Part shown: positions 17,202 to 25,624 of the stretch, one piece after another | How positions within the stretch are numbered: the stretch's first letter is position 1 | How the letters are laid out: the number at the start of each line of letters is the position of its first letter | Virus record (IMG/VR): IMGVR_UViG_3300025093_001713 | Location: 1 to 37,747 of that record | DNA length: 37,747 nt | From: a virus | Reading direction: 5' to 3' (one strand) | Notes under the pieces: model-generated | Databases searched by the model: none | What the model was told of the DNA's origin: nothing | Seen by the model: the letters and a program-made list of their open reading frames with translations, nothing else | Position numbers and translations under genes: made by a program

Positions 17202-18371
17202 ATGCCCGATTCATATCATCACGGCGTCCGAGTCATCGAGATCAATGAGGGCACGCGCCCCATTCGCTCCATTTCCACCGCCGTCGTGGGTATGGTGTGC
17301 ACCGCCTCCGATGCAGACGCCACCGTATTTCCGCTTAACCAGCCCGTTCTGCTCACCAACGTGCTCAGCGCCATCGGCGATGCCGGTACCGAAGGCACGC
17401 TTGCCGCCAGCCTGCGCGCCATAGCAGACCAGACCAAGCCCATCACCGTCGTCGTGCGGGTAGAAGAGGGGCTGGACGCGGCAGAAACTACCGCCAACAT
17501 TATCGGCGGCGCTACAGGTGGTGAATACACCGGCATGCAGGCGCTGCTCGCAGCAAAGGCCCGCCTCGGTGTTACCCCGCGTATTCTCGGTGTACCTGGT
17601 CTGGATGACCCAGCCGTTACCGCTGCCCTGGTCACCGTTGCACAGTCCCTGCGCGCCTTCGCTTACGCCAGCGCCTGGGACTGTGCCGACAAGGAAGCCG
17701 CTGTGGCCTACCGCGACACCTTCGGCGCGCGTGAGCTGATGCTCATCTGGCCAGACTTCCGCGCGTTCGACACCACCGCAGCCGCCACAGTAGATGCGCC
17801 CGCAGTCGCCCGCGCCCTCGGCCTGCGCGCCAAGATCGACCAGACCGTCGGCTGGCACAAGACGCTCAGCAACGTGCCCGTCAACGGCGTGACCGGCATC
17901 AGTAAGGATGTGTTCTGGGATCTGCAGAACCCCGCGACCGACGCCGGCTACCTGAACGAGAACGAGATCACCACCCTGATCCAGCAGAGCGGGTTCCGCT
18001 TCTGGGGCTCGCGCACCACCGCCGAGGATCCGCTGTTCGCCTTCGAGAACTACACACGCACCGCGCACGTGGTGGCCGACACAATGGCAGAGGCGCACCT
18101 GTGGGCCATCGACCAGCCCATGCACCCTCAACTGGTGAAAGACATGATCGAGGGCATCAACGCCAAATTCCGCGAGTGGAAGACCCGCGGCTACATCATC
18201 GACGGCAGCGCCTGGTACGACCCCGAGCTCAACACCCCGGAGCGCCTCAAGGCCGGCAAGCTCGCGATCGACTACGACTACACACCGGTGCCCCCGCTGG
18301 AAGATCTGACCTTCCAGCAGCGCATCACCGATCGCTACCTGATGGACTTCGCCAGCCGCATCAACGCCTGA
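17202..18371 (+). CDS. FI: Tail sheath protein (P2 gpFI-like)
   Basis: 389 aa. The N-terminus YHHGVRVIEINEGTRPI and the overall size and position are those of contractile sheath FI. Confidence 0.92.
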   Translation: MPDSYHHGVRVIEINEGTRPIRSISTAVVGMVCTASDADATVFPLNQPVLLTNVLSAIGDAGTEGTLAASLRAIADQTKPITVVVRVEEGLDAAETTANIIGGATGGEYTGMQALLAAKARLGVTPRILGVPGLDDPAVTAALVTVAQSLRAFAYASAWDCADKEAAVAYRDTFGARELMLIWPDFRAFDTTAAATVDAPAVARALGLRAKIDQTVGWHKTLSNVPVNGVTGISKDVFWDLQNPATDAGYLNENEITTLIQQSGFRFWGSRTTAEDPLFAFENYTRTAHVVADTMAEAHLWAIDQPMHPQLVKDMIEGINAKFREWKTRGYIIDGSAWYDPELNTPERLKAGKLAIDYDYTPVPPLEDLTFQQRITDRYLMDFASRINA

Positions 18372-18433
18372 TGCCTGACCCAGCGCGCCGCTAACCCCGG
18401 CGCCCACGGCCCACACTCCCGGAGAGCCCAGCC

Positions 18434-18949
18434 ATGGCTATGCCACGCAAACTCAAGAACATGAACCTCTTCAATGACGGCATCGGTTACGCCGGCATTG
18501 CGAAAACCGTCACCCCACCGCCGCTCAGCCGCAAGATGGAAGGCTACCGAGGGGGCGGCATGAACGGCCCCATCAAGGTCGACATGGGCATGAGCGACGA
18601 CGGTATCCAGCTGGAATGGACCGCCGGCGGGCTCGACGTCCAAACCCTACGCCAATACGGCATCACCCGGCACGACGGCGTGCTGCTGCGCTTTGTGGGT
18701 GCCTACCAGCGTGACGACGACGGCAGCGTGACCGCGGTCGAGATCGTCGTGCGCGGCCGGCACGAAGAAATCAGCATGGGCGAAGCCTCACCTGGTGAGG
18801 ACAGCGATCAGTCCATGACCACCACCTGCAGCTATTACAAGATGACCGTGGACGGTGAAGTCATCATCGAGATCGACATCCCCAACATGATCGAGATCGT
18901 CGACGGCGTTGATCGCTTGGCCGAGCAGCGCGCCGCGATCGGCATCTGA
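18434..18949 (+). CDS. FII: Tail tube protein (P2 gpFII-like)
   Basis: 171 aa. MAMPRKLKNMNLFNDG..Y.G is the typical FII N-terminus. Confidence 0.92.
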   Translation: MAMPRKLKNMNLFNDGIGYAGIAKTVTPPPLSRKMEGYRGGGMNGPIKVDMGMSDDGIQLEWTAGGLDVQTLRQYGITRHDGVLLRFVGAYQRDDDGSVTAVEIVVRGRHEEISMGEASPGEDSDQSMTTTCSYYKMTVDGEVIIEIDIPNMIEIVDGVDRLAEQRAAIGI

Positions 18950-18977
18950 CGCCGCCCAGCCTGACCTGAAAACCCCG

Positions 18978-18997
18978 CTGCCCGGTTCGCCGGGCGG
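18978..18997 (+). other. Stable UUCG-tetraloop hairpin between the tube and E genes
   Basis: The stem pairs 18978-18985 with 18990-18997 (8 bp including one G-U) around the loop TTCG. No U-tract follows, so this is more likely an mRNA-stabilising or attenuating element than a terminator. Confidence 0.3.
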
Positions 18998-19021
18998 TAT
19001 TGCAAACCCAAGGAGAATCAC

Positions 19022-19327
19022 ATGGCAACGCCCGAATACAGCAAGCCCGTTCCTCTCGATGTACCTATCAAGCGTGGTGAAACCAAAATCACCGACGTCA
19101 AGCTGCGCAAACCGCAGTCTGGCGAGCTGCGCGGCCTCAACCTGGTCAACCTGATGAACGGTGATGTGGACTCACTGATCCGCGTCATCCCGCGGATCTC
19201 CGACCCATCGCTCACCGAGCAGGAAGTCGCCCAAATGGAGCCATGCGACCTGGTGCAACTGGGTGACGCGGTGGCGGTTTTTTTGCAACCGAAGGCCATG
19301 CGGCAGCAGGTATCCCAAAGCACGTAG
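19022..19327 (+). CDS. E: Tail assembly chaperone E (P2 gpE-like)
   Basis: 101 aa with an AAGGAG RBS, in the position between the tube and tape-measure genes. Confidence 0.9.
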   Translation: MATPEYSKPVPLDVPIKRGETKITDVKLRKPQSGELRGLNLVNLMNGDVDSLIRVIPRISDPSLTEQEVAQMEPCDLVQLGDAVAVFLQPKAMRQQVSQST

Positions 19328-19461
19328 AGGAACCCATGGCGGACATTGCCATGGTGTTCCACTGGAGCCCCGAGGTACTGGACCGCCTTAGTCTCGTCGA
19401 GCTGATGGAATGGCGGGAGCGCGCCCGGGTACGCACTGACAGCGGCACAAAACACCGGTAG
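19022..19461 (+). CDS. Tail assembly chaperone E+E' (-1 programmed frameshift product)
   Basis: The zero frame reads GTT TTT TTG (19277-19285). The -1 frame is open from 19285 to the TAG at 19459-19461 and encodes ...MADIAMVFHWSPEVLDRLSLVELMEWRERA, a typical gpE' sequence. Confidence 0.85.
19279..19285 (+). promoter_or_regulatory. Slippery heptamer T TTT TTG for the E/E+E' -1 frameshift
   Basis: A run of seven T (19278-19284) followed by G. It is in the correct phase (X XXY YYZ) relative to the E frame and has the same sequence P2 uses. Confidence 0.85.
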
Positions 19462-19466
19462 GGAAC

Positions 19467-22019
19467 ATGGCTCGCGATCTCAAACTAAAGGTAACCCTCT
19501 CGGCGCTGGACCGCGCCACCCGACCCATCCGCACCGTGATGGGCAGCAGTATTGGCCTGGCCAAATCCCTCAAGCAGACCCGCGATAGCCTCAAGGGTCT
19601 GCAAACCCAGCAACGCGACATCAGCAGCTTCCGCACCCTGGGCAACGCCACCAAGCAAACCGGTACCCAGCTCAAGGCCAGCCAGGATCGTGTGCGGGCG
19701 CTTTCTCGCGAGCTGGGCAACACCCGCAACCCGACCCGGGCACTGAATACCGAGTTCCGCCGCGCCGTGCGCGAAGCCCAGGGCCTCAAAATCAAGCACC
19801 AGGAACAGCAACGCACCCTGCAGGGCTTGCGCAGCAAACTCAACGAAGCAGGCATCAGCACCCGCAACCTGGGCGAACACGAGCGCCGGCTGCGTGGCGA
19901 GATCGGCCGGGCCAATACCTCGCTGGGCAAGCAGGAAGCAGCCCTGCGGCGGGTCACCATGCAGCAGCAGCGGCTGCAGCGTGCCAAAGACAAGTTCCAT
20001 AAAAGCCAGCAGCTGGCCAGCAGTATGGCCGGCAGCGGTGCGGCTGGTCTGGCTGCCGGCGGTGGCGCACTGTACGCCGGCGCACGCTTCATGGCGCCCG
20101 GGCTGGAATTCGACGCCAGCATGTCCAAGGTGCAATCCCGCGCTCGCTTGGATAAAAGTTCGCCAGAATACAAGGCACTAAGGGCACAGGCCCGTTCACT
20201 CGGCGCAAGTACTCAGTTCACAGCCGTCCAAGCGGCCGAAGCACAAAGTTTCTTAGCTATGGCCGGGTTCAACCCCCAAGCGATTCAGGGGGCCATGCCT
20301 GGCATGCTCGATCTCGCCAAGGCTGGCGAAACCGACCTGGCGCAGACCGCCGATATCGCCTCCAACATTCTGAGCGGCTTCGGCATTGAAGCTACCAAGA
20401 TGGGAATGGTTGGCGACGTACTGACCGGTACGTTTAATCGGTCGAACACCGACCTGCAGATGCTCGGCGAAACCATGAAGTACGCCGCGCCTGTAGCTCT
20501 CGCGCTGGGGCAGGACATAGAGACCGTTGCCGCTATGGCCGGCAAGCTGGGTGACGCCGGCATCCAGGGTGGCATGGGCGGCACGGCTCTACGGGCTATA
20601 ATGAGCCGGCTATCTGCTCCTCCCAAGATGGCGGCCAATGCCATGGACGAGTTGGGGATATCGGCCAAGGATGCGATCGGCAACATGCGGCCGATGCCAG
20701 ACATTCTCCAGGAGATCTATAAAAAGACCCGACAGATGGGCAATGCCGAGCGCGCCGGCTACTTGAAAGCGATTGCCGGCGAGGAAGCAGTCAGCGGCAT
20801 GAACTACCTGGTAAATCAGGCGGGCTCCGGAGAGCTGCAGGGCTTCATCGCTACGTTGCGCAAGACCGAGGGCGAGGCCAGTAAAACAGCACGCACCATG
20901 GCGGATAACCTGCGCGGTGACCTGGACGCCCTCAACAGCGCCTGGGAGGATTTGGGCATCCAGACCATGGAAACCCAGGACGGCGGGTTGCGGGGCGTAG
21001 CACAGAGCCTCACCAGCATCATCGGCAAGGTCAGCGCCTGGACGGCGGCCAACCCCGAGCTCACCCGCCAGTTGATCAAGGGCGCCGCCGTGCTGGCCAC
21101 CACCGTGGCGGTCATGGGCGGGCTCACGCTTGCCCTGGCCAGTATTATTGGCCCCTTCGCGATGCTGCGCTACGGGCTCACGTTCCTGGGCATCAAGGGC
21201 GCTGGCCTGGTCGGGATACTAAAAGGGTTGGGCGGGGCGTTCATGTGGGTGGGCAAAGCCGTGTTATTCCTCGGCCGAGCGCTGATGCTCAACCCGATCG
21301 GGCTGGCCGTCACCGCCCTGGCCGGCGCCGCGTACCTGATCTACAAGAACTGGGACACCATCGTTCCCTACTTCAAAGGCCTCTGGGCCGAGATCAAGAC
21401 CGATGCCGGCGGTGGCCTGGCCGGGCTGGGCAAGCTGATACTCAACTTCTCGCCCCTGGGCCTGTTCTACCGCGCGTTCGCTGGCGTGATGCAGTACTTC
21501 AATGTTGATCTGCCCGCGCGCTTTACCGACTTTGGCGGGATGATTATCGGCGGCCTGGTAAATGGTATCAAAGGTGCCATGGGCAGCGTCAAAAGCACTA
21601 TCACCGGCGCTGGCGAGCAGACCATTGGCTGGTTCAAGGAAAAACTCGGCATTCGCTCGCCGTCCCGCGTATTCGCGCACCTGGGTGATGAGACCATGGC
21701 AGGGCTCAAGCTTGGTATCGATCGCAGCCAACGCGGCCCACTTAGCGCCGTGCTCATCGCCGGCCAGGCAATGGCCAAGGCCGGCGCGCTGGCCATCGGT
21801 GTGGGTGGGGCAGGGCAGGCAGTAGCAATCGACAACCGCCCAGCTCTGCAGGCCACCCCGCCTCAGATCGTCATCCAGGGCGACACCTACCACATCCAGA
21901 TCAGCGCGCCCCCGGGCAGCAACGAGGCCCAGCTCCGCCAGATGCTCAACCAGCTGCTGGACGAGCGCGAGCAGGGCAAGTCTGCGCGGATCCGCGCAGC
22001 GCTTCACGACAACGAATGA
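19467..22019 (+). CDS. T: Tail tape measure protein (P2 gpT-like)
   Basis: 850 aa, rich in coiled-coil and Gly/Ala, with hydrophobic central segments, directly after E/E'. Confidence 0.92.
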   Translation: MARDLKLKVTLSALDRATRPIRTVMGSSIGLAKSLKQTRDSLKGLQTQQRDISSFRTLGNATKQTGTQLKASQDRVRALSRELGNTRNPTRALNTEFRRAVREAQGLKIKHQEQQRTLQGLRSKLNEAGISTRNLGEHERRLRGEIGRANTSLGKQEAALRRVTMQQQRLQRAKDKFHKSQQLASSMAGSGAAGLAAGGGALYAGARFMAPGLEFDASMSKVQSRARLDKSSPEYKALRAQARSLGASTQFTAVQAAEAQSFLAMAGFNPQAIQGAMPGMLDLAKAGETDLAQTADIASNILSGFGIEATKMGMVGDVLTGTFNRSNTDLQMLGETMKYAAPVALALGQDIETVAAMAGKLGDAGIQGGMGGTALRAIMSRLSAPPKMAANAMDELGISAKDAIGNMRPMPDILQEIYKKTRQMGNAERAGYLKAIAGEEAVSGMNYLVNQAGSGELQGFIATLRKTEGEASKTARTMADNLRGDLDALNSAWEDLGIQTMETQDGGLRGVAQSLTSIIGKVSAWTAANPELTRQLIKGAAVLATTVAVMGGLTLALASIIGPFAMLRYGLTFLGIKGAGLVGILKGLGGAFMWVGKAVLFLGRALMLNPIGLAVTALAGAAYLIYKNWDTIVPYFKGLWAEIKTDAGGGLAGLGKLILNFSPLGLFYRAFAGVMQYFNVDLPARFTDFGGMIIGGLVNGIKGAMGSVKSTITGAGEQTIGWFKEKLGIRSPSRVFAHLGDETMAGLKLGIDRSQRGPLSAVLIAGQAMAKAGALAIGVGGAGQAVAIDNRPALQATPPQIVIQGDTYHIQISAPPGSNEAQLRQMLNQLLDEREQGKSARIRAALHDNE

Positions 22020-22029
22020 GGTACCCACC

Positions 22030-22461
22030 ATGATGATGGCCCTGGGGCTGTATGTGTTCGGCCTGGATACCGCCGCCTACCAGGACTTCCAGCGGCAAAC
22101 CAACTGGCGGCACCCCAGCAGCAACCGTGTGGGTGCTGCGCCGGTGCGCCAGTTTGTGGGCAAGGGTGAAGACACTATCACCCTGTCTGGCTTGATTCTG
22201 CCGGAGTTCAGCGGCAAGCGGCTGTCCCTCGACGCCCTGCGGCTGATGGCAGACACCGGCAAGGCCTGGCCCATGGTCGAGGGCACCGGCCGCATTTACG
22301 GGCTGTGGAGCATCGAGAGCATCAGCGAGAACAACACCCTGTTCTTCAGCGATGGCGCACCGCGGCGGATCGACTTCAGCATCACCCTGCAGCGCGAAGA
22401 CGACAGCCGCCTCGAGCTGCTCGGCAACCTGGCTGAAACCATAGGGAACATCCTCAGATGA
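22030..22461 (+). CDS. U: Tail protein U (P2 gpU-like)
   Basis: 143 aa. LG.YVF.L.TA.YQ...R...WRH....RVG..P..QF.G.G.D.ITL.G is the gpU pattern. Confidence 0.9.
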   Translation: MMMALGLYVFGLDTAAYQDFQRQTNWRHPSSNRVGAAPVRQFVGKGEDTITLSGLILPEFSGKRLSLDALRLMADTGKAWPMVEGTGRIYGLWSIESISENNTLFFSDGAPRRIDFSITLQREDDSRLELLGNLAETIGNILR

Positions 22462-23678
22462 TCGAGCAGCTCACCAGCCACACCGCGCCGGCGTTCCGCC
22501 TGGCCGTCGACGGCCGCGACATCACCCCCAAGGTCAACAACCGCCTGCTGCGCCTCACGCTCACAGACAACCGCGGCATCGAGGCCGACCAGCTCGATCT
22601 GACCCTGCACGACCACGACGGACTGCTCGCCATACCGCCGCGCCGCGCGGTGATCGACCTCTGGTTGGGCTGGCAGGGCAACGCCCTGGTGTACAAGGGC
22701 AGTTTCACCGTGGACGAGGTAGAGCATTCCGGCGCCCCGGATGTGCTTATGATCCGCGCCCGCAGCGCCGACATGCGCGCCGGCCTGACGCGCAAACGCG
22801 AGCGCAGCTGGCACCAGACCACCCTGGGCGAGATCATCGCCAGCGTGGCCGCAGCGTACAGCCTCATCCCGGTGGTCGATCGCGTGCTCGGCCAGATCCC
22901 GGTACCGCATCTGGACCAGGTGGACGAATCAGACGCCAACCTGCTCACCCGCCTGGGTACCGACCACGACGCGATCGCCACCGTAAAGGCCGGCCATCTG
23001 CTGCTGCTGCCCGTAGGGGCCAGCAAAACCGCCAGCGGGGTCAACCTGCCGCACATCACGCTCACCCGCCGCGACGGCGACAGCCACCGCTACCTGGTCG
23101 CCGATCGGGACGCCTACACCGGCGTGCGCGCCTACTACTACGACCCCAACAGCGCAGAACGGCTCGAGGCGATCATCGGCACCGAAGACAACATCAAAAC
23201 CCTGCGCCACGTGTATGCCAACGAGCAAAGCGCCCTGCAGGCTGCCCGGGCGGAATGGCGACGGCTGCAACGTGGCCTGGCTACCCTCAGCTACACCATC
23301 GCCCGCGGCCGGCCAGACCTTATCCCCGAGATGACCTTCAGCCTGGTCGGCATCAAGCAGCAGATCACCGAAGTGGTCTGGCTCTGCGCACGCCTCACCC
23401 ATGAGTTGAGCGACAGCGGCTACATCAACAGGCTGGAGCTAGAAAACCAATTGGCCGAAGACGAGGATCTGGCCGCGCTGGTAGAGGGCGGCTATACCGG
23501 CGTGCTGGCTTGGTACCGGGACAAAGACGGGGCCCAGAAGAAGATCACCCAGGGCGACCAGGCCAACCCCAAGCGGTTGACCCATCTGTATGCCAGTAAG
23601 GGGAGTGCGGAAAGGGCGGTGGAACGGGAGTTTGAGAGGTTGGAAGTGGGGCCCGGTGATTCGGCCCCTAATGCCTAG
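22458..23678 (+). CDS. D: Tail protein D / late control D (P2 gpD-like)
   Basis: 406 aa, the last gene of the tail operon, with its start coupled to the U stop. Confidence 0.9.
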   Translation: MIEQLTSHTAPAFRLAVDGRDITPKVNNRLLRLTLTDNRGIEADQLDLTLHDHDGLLAIPPRRAVIDLWLGWQGNALVYKGSFTVDEVEHSGAPDVLMIRARSADMRAGLTRKRERSWHQTTLGEIIASVAAAYSLIPVVDRVLGQIPVPHLDQVDESDANLLTRLGTDHDAIATVKAGHLLLLPVGASKTASGVNLPHITLTRRDGDSHRYLVADRDAYTGVRAYYYDPNSAERLEAIIGTEDNIKTLRHVYANEQSALQAARAEWRRLQRGLATLSYTIARGRPDLIPEMTFSLVGIKQQITEVVWLCARLTHELSDSGYINRLELENQLAEDEDLAALVEGGYTGVLAWYRDKDGAQKKITQGDQANPKRLTHLYASKGSAERAVEREFERLEVGPGDSAPNA

Positions 23679-23683
23679 GCAAT

Positions 23684-24865
23684 TTATTCTTTCGGTTTGG
23701 GAATAATACCCATTTTGCGTTGGAACTCCTCGAAAGGCTCCAGTCCCTTTGCCGCGTCCTTTATCAACTGATGATTGGGGTTAGCATCCAGGTTGCGGTG
23801 CATCTCGTTGAAAGGTTCCAATATTTTAGCCGCGTTCTTTATCAATTGTTGATTTGGAGGCTCTAGCAGTGATTTGAGATTGTCCGACATGGGTTGTAGC
23901 TTTAGAGCATTTTGAGTGGCCATTACCGAATCAAGCAAAGCCCTTGCATCACTGTTTAAAACTGGGCTGTTCTTGAGTTCATCTAGTTTGGCAGTTTTAG
24001 ACTCACCCCTTCTTGGCTGTTCAACTACTGCAGCGGCCTTGTTTCTTGGTTCGATCATGGCTTTCATCGCTTTATCGTAGAACAGTGATGCTGCCGCCAT
24101 CTCTCTGTCTGTGAAACCTAATCTGCGGGCTTCTTCCGACGCCTCGTCCATGGCCAATGAGATATTTCGCAGATACTGGTCATGCATCTCCTTGGTTAAC
24201 TTAATTATCAATCCCTTTTCCCGCGTTTTGAGTTCTTTGAGCTCGTTATTGCTTTGTTTTTTTAACTCGCCCTCCCGCTTGATAAAGTTATCTATTCTTT
24301 CTTGCAGCTCGCTTACTTCTAACCTGTGAACTTCCCCGTCTTTAGTTTTGTTCTCTCTGGCGACTTCGATCTGCTTTTGTGCGGCGTCCAGTTGTTCTTC
24401 AAGGTATTCGAACTTTTTATTAACGGAATTTAGCTGCCGATCCTTTGCATCAAGTTCAGCCTCCGACTCAGCGACCTTTCTATCCGCCTCGCGCCGGTTT
24501 TCACGGGCTTCCTCCCTTGACATAGGATTGGCATCAACGTGCTTGACGTAGTCTTCCTTCGCCTTCCGGATTTGCCAGCGCCAGTATTTCATCAGATAGC
24601 GGTTTGCAAAGGGGTAGCTAAAAACGAACGCCGCCGCGAAGATCCCTGGGTAGATAATGCCGAGCGTTATCCCATTCAGCCAGGGCGATTGCAGTGCGAA
24701 GTGGGCTTGTAAGACGGCCAGTTTATCTTCTACAGAGTTTGTAGAAAGCAGCCACAGAATCACCTTGTGATTCAACACCACCCAGGAAAGGATGAATGGC
24801 AGGAAAATGGGGTTGGTAACCCGCTCTGATATCTGCACCTTTACCGAATCCAATACTTCTCTCAT
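23684..24865 (-). CDS. Membrane-anchored coiled-coil protein of unknown function (cargo)
   Basis: 393 aa and AT-rich. It has two to three N-terminal hydrophobic helices (PIFLPFILSWVVL..., LGIIYPGIFAAAFVFSYPF), about 150 aa of E/K/R-rich heptad-like sequence, and a C-terminal tandem 26-aa repeat. A GAAAGGA RBS lies in the 12-nt gap after the upstream small gene. Confidence 0.75.
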   Translation of the reverse strand: MREVLDSVKVQISERVTNPIFLPFILSWVVLNHKVILWLLSTNSVEDKLAVLQAHFALQSPWLNGITLGIIYPGIFAAAFVFSYPFANRYLMKYWRWQIRKAKEDYVKHVDANPMSREEARENRREADRKVAESEAELDAKDRQLNSVNKKFEYLEEQLDAAQKQIEVARENKTKDGEVHRLEVSELQERIDNFIKREGELKKQSNNELKELKTREKGLIIKLTKEMHDQYLRNISLAMDEASEEARRLGFTDREMAAASLFYDKAMKAMIEPRNKAAAVVEQPRRGESKTAKLDELKNSPVLNSDARALLDSVMATQNALKLQPMSDNLKSLLEPPNQQLIKNAAKILEPFNEMHRNLDANPNHQLIKDAAKGLEPFEEFQRKMGIIPKPKE

Positions 24866-24877
24866 GTCGAATCCTTT

Positions 24878-25072
24878 CTATGGTTGATCTTGTTCAGGCT
24901 TAGACGTGGTCGCCTCGCCCGCGCTACTGGCGATAAAGGCAAAGCACGCGGCAAATCTCAACAGATCCGCCTGGTGCAAAGGGTGCATTCTTCGAAAATG
25001 CTGGATCAACAATGCTTCTTCATCGCTCAGCGGCTCTACGTTCGCGTTTCCTTCGAGTTGTTCGATAAACAT
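24878..25072 (-). CDS. Small soluble protein resembling the C-terminal tail of the adjacent XRE repressor (cargo)
   Basis: 64 aa from the ATG at 25072 (AGGAG 8 nt upstream). The track start at 25081 is a GTG lying inside that RBS. It aligns without gaps to the repressor C-terminus (see findings). Confidence 0.65.
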   Translation of the reverse strand: MFIEQLEGNANVEPLSDEEALLIQHFRRMHPLHQADLLRFAACFAFIASSAGEATTSKPEQDQP

Positions 25073-25199
25073 GCTTGCCACTCCTAATACGGCGCCGGTA
25101 CCGGACTGATACCTTCCTTCGCCAGGAGTTATCTATTTTCAACACATCACCGCGTGTCAGAAGCCGCCTAAACGTCTAATTTCAGCATTAACTCGACTG

Positions 25200-25583
25200 C
25201 TATTGGCAAAGCTCAAGCCCCTGATGGATTAGCGGCCCGACGCTGTACCTGGTACCTGGCAATTCAGGGTTCTCCAGCCAGATGTCATCGAGGGTATCCA
25301 TATCGCTCTGTGTGCGCGCTGGCCCGTTGAGCGGATAGGTATCACCCGTCACAACGTCAGCGACCACCACCGCATTCCTGCGGAGACATATCAGGTGCAT
25401 TTCCTCCATGCTGAATGGCCATTCCGGCCCATAGCTCTCGGCGCTGATTAGCACAATATTGGGCGCCTTAGGTGGAGTGGGGGCTGCGGGGAGCTGCTCA
25501 ATATCATTGGCATCTGGCGCATCGCCACAAGCAGACAATAGAGCTGCAGCAAAAGTCGCAATAAGTGCATGTCGAAATTCCAT
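25200..25583 (-). CDS. Lipoprotein, DUF2511/YebY-like (cargo)
   Basis: 127 aa with a signal peptide and lipobox LSAC (Cys19). The segment W.F..EE..L.C......V......YPLN...A......I....P......PLI.....LC matches my recollection of E. coli YebY. An AAGGAAAA RBS lies in the 41-nt gap after the repressor gene. Confidence 0.7.
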   Translation of the reverse strand: MEFRHALIATFAAALLSACGDAPDANDIEQLPAAPTPPKAPNIVLISAESYGPEWPFSMEEMHLICLRRNAVVVADVVTGDTYPLNGPARTQSDMDTLDDIWLENPELPGTRYSVGPLIHQGLELCQ

Positions 25584-25624
25584 CTCGTGTTTTCCTTTTT
25601 GATTGGGTTTATTGCCGGGCCAGA

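Noticed and set aside
17211-18416. 401-aa minus-strand ORF
   Set aside because: It is a mirror ORF of the tail sheath gene, with low-complexity Gly/Ala/Val/Arg-rich translation. The sheath assignment on the plus strand is unambiguous.
25095-25104. CCGGTACCGG as an RNA hairpin or terminator between the lipoprotein gene and the small cargo gene
   Set aside because: A 4-bp stem with a 2-nt loop cannot form a stable RNA hairpin, and no U-tract follows. I kept it only as a possible DNA-binding palindrome within the cassette finding. I could not define a convincing -35/-10 in this 127-nt gap.
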